The notes below the pieces were generated by a model. That model saw only the letters and a list, made by a program, of their open reading frames with translations, did no database searches and was not told the DNA's origin. Of a DNA stretch of 64,000 nt, positions 50,849 to 64,000 are shown piece after piece. Numbering within the stretch: the stretch's first letter is position 1; every line of letters starts with the position of its first letter. The position numbers and the translations under genes were made by a program. The stretch is from Flectonema sp. DT1601 (Eukaryota): positions 310,001-374,000 of the forward strand of contig OZ025789.1 in NCBI GenBank assembly GCA_964019425.1, in the 5' to 3' direction.

Positions 50849-50929
50849 GGGTGGGTGGTCTAGTGGTGCCGCGCCTAACAGCGCAATACAGCTTCACGTG
50901 GTCGGCCTGGGTTCAAACCCGCCCCGCCC
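50849..50929 (+). pseudogene. tRNA-derived segment (possible SINE head)
   Basis: Acceptor-like stem GGGTGGG/CCCGCCC, A box TGGTCTAGTGG, B box GGTTCAAAC; anticodon arm not canonical. Confidence 0.6.
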
Positions 50930-51774
50930 CTCATTTCCATGGTGTCCAACTAGATTAAAGGACAAGTCTGGGATAATCCCTGCCAGAGGGGCGAGTATTC
51001 TACCATGGTTGAAATACTCTGGCAACTGATCTTCAATTTTATGTTGTTTGTTAGCTGCTGGTGTATCTTGATTATGTGTTGATACTTGCATTTTTTTTTA
51101 TTTGTAATCTTCTATTACAATCCTCTTTCTGTTCTGGTCTGTTACCTCATTTGTCTTGTTTAACTTCAGTTATATCCATTTTACTTTTTATTGTTTCCCA
51201 TCTACTTTTTATTTTCTATTAGTTCTGGTCAGAAACTCCTGGGCAGCAAGAAGGAAAGTAGTTAAGTACTTCTGGGTGTTTGGCATCACCCCCCATAGTG
51301 AGCAAGTACAACAGGTAGCATTGGTAGTCTGTTGATCCTGAGTGATCCCAGCTACAGTTTTGTTTTTCTTTCTTTTTTTTAGAAGAAGATCAGGACATCC
51401 AAGCACTGCTGGATAGTTGCTGAATGCAGGGCCTGCCTGTGGCATTATAATAACAGGCTAAGTCATTTGTAGTTCATAGTTTACCTTTGATTTTATAACT
51501 TCACACAGGGTACTATGAACGATGAGAGATCCAGTGGGATCACTCAGGGTCTAGTAGAGACCACCAATGTTGTGCGTTGATAGGCAAGGTGACCAACCTT
51601 GACATTCTTTCTTTTCTCTCCTGTTGTGACAAACACAAAATACACACACAGCTTACAGTGTGTTCTTTGTGTATGTTTTCTTCAGGTGTGAGTAGTTTTT
51701 CTGTTCTTGCTCTTCAGGGAGGGCCTTAGCCAAAAGCTAACTGTCCAAATCTCACCTGGTAATTCAACTCTGAT

Positions 51775-51811
51775 ACTCTAATATGAAATATTTTTGAACA
51801 AAATGTGATTA

Positions 51812-51846
<35 letters not shown>

Positions 51847-53183
51847 AATGAATAATAAAAAAAAAAAAAAAAAAAAACATGCCTTGGGAATACAACCAAA
51901 GCCCCAATTAATCGGTCCTTTCTTTTTTCCTTCTTGTCAAGTGATCGCTCCACTCGTCGATCACCAAAACCGATTGTATTTATATCTGTTCTTTTCTCAA
52001 CGATCGGCTATACCGATCAATTTTTTTTAAAAATAATTGTTTTCTTCTTCTCGACGATCAGATCCAATTGATCGACCTTTTCTTTTTTTTCCTTTATTCC
52101 TTCCATCCCTCCCGCTCCCCTTATTTTAATAAAAACAAGATCAGCTCAGCTTGATCGTTAAACTTTTTTTATTTATTTTTTTTTTTTTTTTTTTATTTAA
52201 ACTGATTGTATTTTTATCTGGTTATTTTTCTCAACGATCGGCTATGCCGATCGACCTTTAAAATAATTGTCTTCTTCTTCTCGACGACCAGATCCAATTG
52301 ATCGACCTTTTCTTTTTTTTTCCTTTATTCCTTCCATCCCTCCCGCTCCCCTTATTTTAATAAAAACAAGATCAGCTCAGCTTGATCGTTATTTATTTAT
52401 TTACTGTAAAGGGAAATATTCTCGCGGGGAAATATTCTTGCGGGGAAATATTCCCGCGGGGAAATATTCTCGCGGATTTGGAGACTTTTTTTCAAACTCG
52501 CGGGTTTTTCCCCACAAGAATATTTCCCTACCACAGAGGATTTTTGTGAAAGCCAGCCGTTGATCAAAAATCTAAGAAATCTGTGTGCTTCCATCGAGTG
52601 TCAGGTAGAACAGGGCATTATTCACCAATAAAAAACTACCATACTGCACAATAAAAATAATTTTTGCTGAAACTTTCCTTCATAGCACACATATTTTATT
52701 CACAAAAAAGAACCAAAAAAAATGGCTAGAAAAAAAGTATGCTTGCAGGGAAATATTCCCGCGGGGAAATATTCTCGCGGATTCAGAAAAAATAATAAAA
52801 ACTCGCGGGTTTTTCCCCACAAGAATATTTCCCTTTACAGTATTTATTTTTTTTTTTTTTTGTTGGTCCTAGTCAAGACCTTAAACTGACTAATCGGTCT
52901 TAACTTTAACTAAGTGAATGAACCCTTTCCGTTTTCCTTTTCCCTTTATTACTCTCTATCTGGTCTGTTATGTCATAAATCTCATTTAATTTTATCATTC
53001 ATTTTAATTTTCACTGTTTCCCATCTACATTTTATTTTCAAATAGTTCCGGTCTGTCTTTAATTTTAAATAAAACTGATCATGTTAACTCAATATTTTTT
53101 CTTATGTGCAAGAGATACCAACACGCAAGAGATACCAACGCACATACGAGATACCAGCACTTCCGAGATACCGACACAAAAGA
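51775..53183. repeat. Segment V, inverted near-identical copy at ~62670-63650
   Basis: Direct comparison; contains an internal ~240-bp duplication rich in GATC/TCGA palindromes. Confidence 0.9.
52404..52840. mobile_element. MITE with TA target-site duplication
   Basis: TA-CTGTAAAGGGAAATATTCT...AGAATATTTCCCTTTACAG-TA; internal GCGGGGAAATATTC repeats; empty site in the V copy near 63010-63035. Confidence 0.92.
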
Positions 53184-53809
53184 CTAGAGATACCCCTTCC
53201 AGGCTCGCGTTGCTCGCACACAATTTTTTTTTTTTAAATCTTTCTGAACAAACCTTATTTTTACAACCAAGTCACGTCTGTTTTTATTCCCTGTGTCTAG
53301 CTAGGTACCCGTCCAGGATACAATCTTTTTATTATTCATTTATTACTTTTCCGTCCCAACGGGACGACAAATGAAAAATGTCCTCCCTTAGCTGAAAATG
53401 CACACTGCACCCTGTTTTATCAAGTCATATCACAGAATGGACGAAGATAAGGTTATTCTTTATTTATTGTTTTTTGTTTTTCTGAAAGATAGTTATATTA
53501 ATATGCTAGCACGAAAACGACGGCTAGGTTTATGATGATTGGATATGTGGCTTAGGTTATCTGTTTGTTTCATTTGGAAATATTTTATAAACCATTCACA
53601 ACAGGTTTATCGAACTTGTATCTGCAATGTGTGCGACCCTGGGATGGAAATACAGGAATTTAGTTATATTAATAAGGTTATTGTTCATTACATTATTTTC
53701 AATAAAATAGAAATGTGAGAAGAACTACGGGATGGGGAATAACAGTGGTGAAAAAAGCATCAGCCGATTGCGGGTTTATAGTGCTTCTGTATGTATGTGG
53801 GGTGGGTGA

Positions 53810-54395
53810 CTATTCTCCTTCGGCCTCTTGATGCCTTGGGTTCTTCCAGTGGTTGATCTTTGTTTCGCCTGCTGAGGCTTTCACCGCCAGCGCTTCCTTC
53901 TGTCGAAAATGGTAGCTCCTCGAGCGGCCACCCTGCAGGCTATCGAGACATCCCGAGCCGCAGCCTTTACCTCCTGCTGACGTTTCTCAACATCAGTTGC
54001 CGCTTCCCCTTCGTCGAAGAGCAGCCGCCACCTTCCGAGCAGACTCTGCCATTTGTTCCTTCTGCTGACGTTCCCTCAATAGGATCTCCACCTCCAATGG
54101 TTCCTTCCTTCGGGCTGGTGTGTGTGTGTGTTGTCGTACTCCCTCAGCTCACGTTCCTTTGCCATGACTGCCGAAGCTTGGGGCTTCAACGCTTCTCTTC
54201 GACGAAGGGTTGCTTCTCGAGCAGCCTTTCGAGCTGCTATCTGCAGTTCCTTCTGCTTTAGTAAGTTCACCTCCAAGGCTTCTTTCCTTTGAAGGGCACA
54301 TTCTCGAGCCTCTATCTCCTTCAATCGCTTCTGCTCTGGCTCCTTCGCCATGACTGCGTGCCACCGCCGGCGTCTTGCTTCCAAGGTGTCCTTAA
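53810..54395 (-). pseudogene. Diverged duplicate of the coiled-coil 3' end of the Helitron ORF
   Basis: LEARRRRWHAVMAKE...RKEALEV..LKQKEL matches 54920-55550, with frameshifts. Confidence 0.85.
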
Positions 54396-54556
54396 CCATG
54401 ATGTTGTTACTGCTGTGGAATTATATTTTAGATTTGAGTTTAATAATGTTATTCAAAACAGGTTAATACATAAACCCAAAAAAATGTGCCGCGTGATCGC
54501 GTATTGAACCCTCAGTCACAGGAATGCAAGAGCGATTAGTCGACGACCATATTATT

Positions 54557-54817
<261 letters not shown>

Positions 54818-54919
54818 TGTGTGTTGCTATCCTAGGATGAAAATAAGGGTTTATTGTGCATTAACTTAATTTCCGTCCTGCTCAGTGTTCCAAAACGAAA
54901 ATGTGAACTTCTGTATGTG

Positions 54920-56564
54920 CTAGTTTTGCGGGTGACTGTTGTTGTCTACTTCGGCCTCTTGATGCGCTGGGATTTTGCGGGGGGTGCTTTCCGCTTCATT
55001 GCAGCTGGCTTCTGGGACGAAGTTCCAGGCTTTTCTTTCGCTCACCGCCAGGGCTTCTTTTCGTCGAATGGCAGCTTCTCGAGCGGCCACCCTGCGGGCT
55101 ATGGAAGCATCCCGAGCCGCAGCCTTTACCACCTGCTGACGTTTCTCAACATCAGTTGCCGCTTCCCTTCGTCGAAGAGCAGCCGCCACCTTCTGAGCAG
55201 ACTCTGCCTTTTGTTCCTTCTGCTGACGTTCCCTCAACAGGATCTCCACCTCCAATGCTTCCTTCCTTCGGGCTGGCGTGTCGAACTCCTTCAGCTCACG
55301 TTCCTTCGCCATGACCGGCGGCGAAGCTTCCAACTTCAATGTTTCTCTTCGACGAAGGGTTGCTTCTCGAGCAGCCTTTCGGGCCGCTATCTCGAGTTCC
55401 TTCTGCTTGAGTAACTTCACCTCCAAGGCTTCTTTCCTTCGAAGGGCAGATTCTCGAGCCTCCACCTCCAGAGCCAGTGACCTCATTCGCTTCTGCTCTC
55501 GCTCCTTCGCCGTGACTGCATGCCACCGCTGGCGTCTTGCTTCCAAGGGGTCGTTAGCCGTCAGGCGGTATGTATCACGCAACCTGATGAGTGCTTCCTC
55601 TGGACTGCGGGACCGCAGGTTGACGTAATGCAGACCTAGTGCATGGATGATTTCCCCCAGCTGATTCCAAATGAAGATAGTTCCGTTGGTGTGGTGGGTT
55701 AGAAGAAATGAGAAATGGTCGTGAACCTCATTTTGGTCTTCCGTAAAGAAACACGACTCCGGGAAGAACCCTCCAACTCGTAGCCCGTCTTGCTGTAGTA
55801 CGACGATTTTTATATGTAGCAGCACCGCGGCTGCGTCGATTGCCTCGTTCGTCAGCCAAGACCCGTCGGTTCGATATTGCTCGACCCAGGATGAGTCACT
55901 ACCTGCGCGGACCATCTCTTCGCAGATCTGGTGTCGGAGGTCTCCATGGGAAGGGATATCCGCATTCGCATACCAGTGGACATCACGGAGCGCATTCTGT
56001 ATGGCATATAGAAGGCAGTTACCGTCCGATCCTGTTCGCCGCATCTCGAGCCCAAAGAGATGCCACATGACGTAGGCGTATTCTTGTGATGGGTGAGTGA
56101 ATGTTGGATCCAAACGGGTTGCTGAACCGAGGTAAGCCTGAGGATCGAAGGCAGGAAGTTCCATCCTCTTCCGTTTTCGAGCAACTTCTGAAGGCGCACG
56201 CGTCGAAGAAGAAGATGGATCCTTTTTTTGTGCCGCGATCTTGTGCCACACGGTGGACAGCGATTCGAGAGATGTTTTTACTCCGAAGAAAGGTTTCAAA
56301 TTGATGTAGTGGGTGTGCAGGCCCCCTGCCGTTTCGCAACTCCACAGGAAGATGACCCTGGAACTCTGCAACAACAGCCATCTGAGTTCTTCATGCACGG
56401 TTCTCTGTGAAGCCCCCTCCTCCTCCTTCTTCTCTGGGAAGGTAACGATCTGACTGAGGCCGTCTTGTTTCAGCAGCACAATGTCTAACCGCAGGATTCT
56501 GGAAGCCGCGTCGACTGCTCGATCCGTGAGCCATGCTGATCTCCAACTGCTGTGTTCGGAATCC

Positions 56565-56598
<34 letters not shown>

Positions 56599-58304
56599 GG
56601 CAACCGTCGTCACTTCTCTGCTGCTGCTCATCTAAGAGTTGTATCTGCTGACCGATATACTTGCGGAAGCTTTCCGGATCCGAAGTGATGGAAGCAGTAT
56701 CCACAAACCACGCGGAATCACCGAGCGCAGTGCAGATGGCGGAATGCAGACAATCACAGTCAGCCTTGGTGTTTCCGAGGGCCAAGCCGAAGAGGCTTTG
56801 CAGCACATGGTCGTAGACATGCATCGGATACGACCGCTCGCTGTCGAGGCGCACTCCAGGAGCGAGGTATATCTCAGGGCTGAGCCACTTCGGCAGGCTA
56901 AGCCCCGCTGTCTGGTCGGGTTCGAAGGTGTCGGGTATTCTGGTCCACTCTTCAACTTGCTGTGAAACGCCGACGAACTGCTGCTCTTTGATGTTTTGTT
57001 GCTCTTCCACGACAGCGTCCGGGTCTTGCGGTGCGTCCGTCCACTCGTGGTACTCTTCGACCCCAGCTGGCCTTGCAACGTTGCCCCTTGCTGCCTTCGA
57101 AGCTTCTTCAGCGACTCTGCGGATCTCCGCTCGGGATCGCGGACTGAGGGGATGGCCGCGGATTGCCTGCTCGACGCTGCTAATGACGTTCAGCTGGACG
57201 GGATTCCTGAACGACTCCCTCTTAGCCGGCTGCGTTGCGACGCGAATATCAGCAGCGTGTCGGACGCGCGTAAATGCCACGTAGGCTTGTCCGTGTGCGA
57301 AGAACTCCGATTTCGTCAAGTCAAGCCCAAGACGATCAACGGTTTGCCCCTGGAGCTTATTCACTGTGAGGGCAAACGCATTACGCACGGGAAACTGAAC
57401 ACGCTCCATCTCGAAGGGGACTTTTCCTGGTTCCGGTGTCAGCTTGATCCTAGGGATCAGCACGAACTCCCTTGTCCTGCGGTCCTGGCAATAGAGTACT
57501 TTCCGGTGACAGCGGATGACCACCAGCCTCGACCCGTTGCAGATGCGTGCACCGCTTCCGGAGTAAATGTTCCGAGTGCAGATGATCGGAGAGTTCACCT
57601 TGAGCAGCAGCTTTTGGGGAGGCAGCCCTGCGGTGACTTGCGACATGTAGTCCTCGGTGGCCAAGTCAGGCGAGGCAGTCTCGGTGCAGCGATTGGCGGC
57701 GATGAATTCGAACACCCTGCCTGGGAAGGTATTGAGGCAAGCAGCGTTTAGCTCGTCGACGTCGCTGTTGAGTAGGGAGGCAATTGCAACGTTCTCGTCG
57801 ATGATGCCTTCGTCCAGCTGGGGATACACGAAATTGATGAGGTCTTGCCGTACGTAGATGCGTTCTCCGGAGTTGCCAATCCTGCCGTACAATCGTGTCC
57901 AGCCGTTGATGTCACAATTAACACCCTTCCCGAGGCCCTGAGTCCACTTCAAGTAACCCTCATCCTGAATCCGCATGCTCTTTGTCAACTCCACCGCCTG
58001 AAACCCGTCACCACCCCAGAGATACGATGTATGAAGCGAAGCATTTAAAGCAGGCATGTCGCCATCTGCCCTCACAATCGGAAGTGTCTGCTGTAAGTCG
58101 GCGATGATAATCATGGGGCACCCTCCGAACCGCTTGTTCCACTTGTGTGAACGGATGCGACGCATGGTCCTGTCGAGCAACTCAAAATGGCGGCGGTCCG
58201 TCATTCCTGCTTCGTCCCATAAGATGCAACTGCACTCCTGCAGCGCCCTCCACTGCTTGCCGTATTCTGTGATGTTGAGCACCTGCAGTTGTTGGTTGTC
58301 GTTC
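54920..58304 (-). mobile_element. 5'-truncated Helitron-type ORF: Pif1 helicase, two OTU-like domains and coiled-coil
   Basis: Pif1 motifs ILWDEAGM, ADLQQTLPI, LTKSMR, LKVNSPIICTRN, CNGSR, QFPV..AFALTVNKLQGQT, HGQAYVAFTRV; OTU-like ADCDCLHSAI...HY and SDGNCLLYAI...HY; Rep domain and Walker A are missing because X cuts the ORF at ~58305. Confidence 0.88.
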
Positions 58305-58496
58305 GAATTTCGATAAAGTGGGAAGTAACGGACTGGGAGCTTTTGGCTCCTGCCCTATTCCCGATGTAAACTTTCTTTTTATTTTTATTTTTTTTTAACA
58401 GGCCCAAAGGGCGACAATGATGGTTGCTGACCAAGGAATAATATTCAAATGAATTTTCGTTTCAAAGAAACGAACAGAATTAAGAGAGAGGCAGAG

Positions 58497-58528
<32 letters not shown>

Positions 58529-58858
58529 GAAAGAAAAAAATGAAGAGGAAATAATCAAACATGAAAAAAAAAAAAAAAAAAAAATATATATATATAAATA
58601 AAAAACGTTGTATGAAAAAGGAAAAAAAAGAAAAAATAAAAGACCAGAAAAGGAAAGAGAAAATGAAAAGGTATAATATTATTGTGGGGATATGAGGGAT
58701 AGCAGGGAGATGCTCTTTTTTTTTTTTTTTTTTTTTCTTATTTATTATTTAAAAAAAGGAAACAATCAGTTTAGCGTCTCGATCAGGACGGAAAATAGAA
58801 ATTAATCGACATAGTCGATCGATAGAAAAAAAAAAACAGTGATAACATTGTTTATTCA

Positions 58859-58891
<33 letters not shown>

Positions 58892-61800
58892 TTTTTAATT
58901 ATTTTAAAGAAAAAACAATCAGTTTAGCGTCTTGATCAGGACGGAAAATAGTAAGTAATCGACATAGTCGATCGATAAAAAAAAACAATGATAACATTGT
59001 TTATTCCTTTTTTTTTTTTTTATTCTTTTTATTTATTTTTAAAGAAAAAACAATCAGTTTAGCGTCCTGACCAGGACGGAAAATAGAAAGTAATCGACAT
59101 AGTCGATCGATAAAAAAAACAATGATAACATTGTTTATTCTTTTTTTTTTTTTAATTTAATTCTTTTTATTTATTTTTAAAAAGAAAAAAAAATGGAAAA
59201 TAGAAATTAGTCAACAAAGTCGAACGATAAAAAAAACAATGATAACATTGTTTATTCTTTTTTTTTTTTTTTTTTTTTTATATTCTTTTTTATTAATTTT
59301 GAAAAAAAAAACAATCAGTTTAGCGTCTTGACCAGGACGGAAAATAGAAAGTAATCGACATAGTCGATCGATAAAAAAAACAATGATAACATTGTTTATT
59401 CTTTTTTTTTTTTTTTTTTTAAATTCTTTTTATTTATTTTTTAAAGAAAAAAAACGGAAAATAGAAATTAGTCGACAAAGTCGAACGATAAAAAAAAACA
59501 ATGATAACATTGTTTATTCTTTTTTTTGTATTTTTTTATATTCTTTTTTATTAATTTTGAAAAAAAAAACAATCAGTTTAGCGTCTTGACCAGGACGGAA
59601 AATAGAAAGTAATCGACATAGTCGATCGATAAAAAAAACAATGATAACATTGTTTATTCTTTTTTTTTTTTTTTTTTTTTAAATTCTTTTTATTTATTTT
59701 TTAAAGAAAAAAAAACGGAAAATAGAAATTAGTCAACAAAGTCGAACGAAAAAAAAACAATGATAACATTGTTTATTCTTTTTTTTTTATTTTTTTTTTT
59801 TAATATTTTTTTTTATTTTGAAAAAAAAACAATCAGTTTAGCGTCTTGACCAGGACGGAAAATAGAAAGTAATCGACATAGTCGATCGATAAAAAAAACA
59901 ATGATAACATTGTTTATTCTTTTTTTTGTATTTTTTATATTCTTTTTTTATTAATTTTGAAAAAAAAAAACAATCAGTTTAGCGTCTTGACCAGGACGGA
60001 AAATAGAAAGTGATCGACATAGTCGATCGATAAAAAAACAATGATAACATTGTTTATTCTTTTTTTTTTTTTTTTTTTTATTTTAAATTCTTTTTATTTA
60101 TTTTTCAAAGAAAAAAAAACGGAAAATAGAAATTAGTCGACAAAGTCGAACGATAAAAAAAAACAATGATAACATTGTTTAATCTTTTTTTTTGTACTTT
60201 ATTTATATTCTTTTTTATTAATTTTGAAAAAAAAACAATCAGTTTAGCGTCTTGACCAGGACGGAAAATAGAAAGTAATCGACATAGTCGATCGATAAAA
60301 AAAACAATGATAACATTGTTTATTCTTTTTTTTTATTTTTTAAAGAAAAAAAACGGAAAATAGAAATTAGTCGACAAAGTCGAACGATAAAAAAAACTGT
60401 GATAACATTGTTTATTCTTTTTTTTTTGTATTTTTTTTAATATTCTTTTTTATTAATTTTGAAAAAAAAAACAATCAGTTTAGCGTCTTGACCAGGACGG
60501 AAAATAGAAAGTGATCGACATAGTCGAACGATAAAAAAACAATGATAACATTGTTTAATCTTTTTTTTATTTTAAATTCTTTTTATTTATTTTTTAAAGA
60601 AAAAAAAAAAAAACGGAAAATAGAAATTAGTCGACAAAGTCGAACGATAAAAAAAACAATGATAACATTGTTTATTCTTTTTTTTTTTTTTTTTTTATAT
60701 TCTTTTTTATCAATTTTGAAAAAAAAAAACAACCAGTTTAGCGTCTTGACCAGGACGGAAAATAGAAAGTGATCGACATAGTCGATCGATAAAAAAAACA
60801 ATGATAACATTGTTTATTCTTTTTTTTTTATTTTAAATTCTTTTTATTAATTCTTTAAAGAAAAGAAACGGAAAATAGAAATTAGTCGACAAAGTCGAAC
60901 GATAAAAAAAAACAATGATAACATTGTTTTTCCTTTTTTTTTTTTTTTTTTTTTATATTCTTTTTTATTAATTTTGAAAAAAAAACAATCAGTTTAGCGT
61001 CTTGACCAGGACGGAAAATAGAAAGTGATCGACATAGTCGATCGATAAAAAAACAATGATAACATTGTTTATTCTTTTTTTTTATTTTAAATTCTTTTTA
61101 TTTATTCTTTAAAGAAAAGAAACGGAAAATAGAAATTAGTCGACAAAGTCGAACGATAAAAAAAAAAACAATGATAACATTGTTTATTCTTTTTTTTTTT
61201 TTTTTTTTTTATATTCTTTTTTATTAATTTTGAAAAAAAACAATCAGTTTAGCGTCTTGACCAGGACGGAAAATAGAAAGTGATCGACATAGTCGATCGA
61301 CAAAAAAACAATGATAACATTGTTTATTCTTTTTTTTTATTTTAAATCCTTTTTATTTATTTTTTAAAGAAAAAAAACGGAAAATAGAAATTAGTCAACA
61401 AAGTCGAACAATAAAAAAAACAATGATAACATTGTTTATTCTTTTTTTTTTTTTTTTTTTTTTTATTCTTTTTTATTAATTTTGAAAAAAAAACAATCAG
61501 TTTAGCGTCTTGACCAGGACGGAAAATAGAAAGTGATCGACATAGTCGATCGATAAAAAAACAATGATAACATTGTTTATTCTTTTTTTTTTTATTTTAA
61601 ATTCTTTTTATTTATTCTTTAAAGAAAAGAAACGGAAAATAGAAATTAGTCGACAAAGTCGAACGATAAAAAAAAACAATGATAACATTGTTTATTCTTT
61701 TTTTTTTTTTTTTTTTTATATTCTTTTTTATTAATTTTGAAAAAAAAACAATCAGTTTAGCGTCTTGACCAGGACGGAAAATAGAAAGTGATCGACATAG

Positions 61801-62750
61801 TCGATCGATAAAAAAACAATGATAACATTGTTTATTCTTTTTTTTTATTTTATATACTTTTTATTTATTTTTTAAAGAAAAAAAACGGAAAATAGAAATT
61901 AGTCAACAAAGTCGAACAATAAAAAAAAACAATGATAACATTGTTTATTCTTTTTTTTTTTTTTTTTTTTTTTTATATTCTTTTTTATTAATTTTGAAAA
62001 AAAAAAAACAATCAGTTTAGCGTCTTGACCAGGACGGAAAATAGAAAGTAATCGACATAGTCGATCGATAAAAAAACAATGATAACATTGTTTATTCTTT
62101 TTTTTATTTTAAATTCTTTTTATTTATTCTTTAAAGAAAAGAAACGGAAAATAGAAATTAGTCGACAAAGTCGAACGATAAAAAAAAACAATGATAACAT
62201 TGTTTATTCTTTTTTTTTTTTTTTTTTATATTCTTTTTATTAATTTTTTAAAAAAAAAAAAAAACAATCAGTTTAGCGTCTTGACCAGGACGGAAAACTG
62301 GAAGTAATCGACATAGTCGATCGATAAAAAAAACAATGATAACATTGTTTCATCTTTTATATTTTTTAAATTTGAAGAAAAGAAAGAAGAAAAAAAAAAA
62401 AAAAAAACAAGCGGAATTGATCATAATGGGTGACAGGGGTTGATACAACTTCATTTGAAAATTCTTCTTTTTTAATTTCTTTTTTTTTGAAATTTTTTTT
62501 TTTTATTTAACAGGAGTTAAGATCACTTACATGAGTTAACACAACACAGATACGAGAGTAGCAAACTGAGGTAACACTACCAATTCAACAAAAAATAATC
62601 AGGATCGGACACAAGGAGGAGAGTTCATTCTACCTCTCACTGTCATTTCTGGTATCTTAAGTGTCTTGGTATCTCTTTTGTGTCGGTATCTCGGAAGTGC
62701 TGGTATCTCGTATGTGCGTTGGTATCTCTTGCGTGTTGGTATCTCTTGCA
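58305..62750. mobile_element. Element X copy 3: terminus, 3.6-kb palindromic array (58760-62350) and segment W
   Basis: Unit AATCAGTTTAGCGTCTTGACCAGGACGGAAAATAGAAAGTAATCGACATAGTCGATCGATA(n)CAATGATAACATTGTTTATTC(T)n alternating with a shorter variant. Confidence 0.8.
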
Positions 62751-63578
62751 CATAAGAAAAAATATTGAGTTAACATGATCAGTTTTATTTAAAATTAAAG
62801 ACAGACCGGAACTATTTGAAAATAAAATGTAGATGGGAAACAGTGAAAATTAAAATGAATGATAAAATTAAATGAGATTTATGACATAACAGACCAGATA
62901 GAGAGTAATAAAGAGAAAAAGGAAAACGGAAAGGGTTCATTCACTTAGTTAAAGTTAAGACCGATTAGTCAGTTTAAGGTCTTGACTAGGACCAACAAAA
63001 AAAAAAAAAATAAATAAATAAATAAATAAATAACGATCAAGCAGAGCTGATCTTGTTTTTATTAAAATAAGGGGAGCGGGAGGGATGGAAGGAATAAAGG
63101 AAAGAAAAAGAAAAGGTCGATCAATTGGATCTGGTCGTCGAGAAGAAGAAGACAATTATTTTAAAGGTCGATCGGCATAGCCGATCATTGAGAAAAATAA
63201 CCAGATATAAATACAATCAGTTTAAATAAAAAAAAAAATAAATAAATAAATAAAAAAAGTTTAACGATCAAGCTGAGCTGATCTTGTTTTTATTAAAATA
63301 AGGGGAGCGGGAGGGATGGAAGGAATAAAGGAAAAAAAAAGAAAAGGTCGATCAATTGGATCTGATCGTCGAGAAGAAGAAAACAATTATTTTTAAAAAA
63401 AATGATCGGTATAGCCGATCGTTGAGAAAAGAACAGATATAAATACAATCGGTTTTGGTGATCGACGAGTGGAGCGATCACTTGACAAGAGGGAAAAAAA
63501 GAAAGGACCGATTAATTGGGGCTTTGGTTGTATTCCCAAGGCATGTTTTTTTTTTTTTTTTTTTTTATTATTCATTTA

Positions 63579-63613
<35 letters not shown>

Positions 63614-63650
63614 TAATCACATTTTGTTCAAAAATATTTCATATTAGAGT

Positions 63651-64000
63651 AAAAGAAAAAGAAAAAAAGAAATAAGAGAAAAAAAAAAAAAACCATTGCT
63701 GGCCCCCTCACCACTCATAGAGGATGAGGAGGCCAGTAAGGCGTCACTCAAATCTATGCCAAGCCTTGGGAACTTGGATTGGGGTTTAGACCATTTACAA
63801 TTAACAGTTGACAATTAACCTGATTAACGTTATGATCTAACGGACATAAACATATCGACAAAATAATACAAATAAATAAATACTAATAGAAACTAGAACT
63901 TAGCAATCGTCATCTAAAAAGATTCTTCTGCGATCATGAAAGTTCGTTGAGGTTGGAGTTCGCTTTTTTTTTTTTTTGATAAGCGCTCAAACCAATTACA
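63651..64000 (-). repeat. Inverted near-identical copy of 46490-46838 (segment Z), running off the window
   Basis: Reverse complement matches the duplicated ORF tail and the CCATTGCTGGCCCCCTCACCACTC block. Confidence 0.92.

Noticed and set aside
54486..54550. Possible tRNA on the minus strand (GGTTCAAT)
   Set aside because: Only a T-loop-like motif; no convincing cloverleaf.

Overview
AT-rich, homopolymer-rich eukaryotic genomic window. It is probably euglenozoan, possibly diplonemid; this is inferred from co-oriented genes, short GT-AG introns with AC-rich 3' ends, and a kinetoplastid-like LSU rRNA fragment. Left part (1-36.4 kb): eight host genes, all on the minus strand (partial unknown ORF, PLOD-like glycosyltransferase, a second glycosyltransferase-like protein, argininosuccinate lyase, CCCH zinc-finger protein, TTC29-like TPR protein, ABCA transporter, Nudix protein). 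They are separated by spacers built from strand-biased decayed repeats and small TIR elements, one of which carries 28S rRNA pieces and a tRNA-like segment. Right part (36.4-64 kb): a nested transposon graveyard with a truncated hAT transposase, an RT-RNase H LINE, an RLE-endonuclease/coiled-coil ORF, a Helitron-type Pif1 helicase with tandem OTU domains, MITEs and a tRNA-derived segment. It is organised around a non-coding element ('X') with a sharp hairpin terminus and arrays of multi-palindrome repeats, and X truncates different transposon ORFs. Family calls come from motif recognition by eye; no searches were run.
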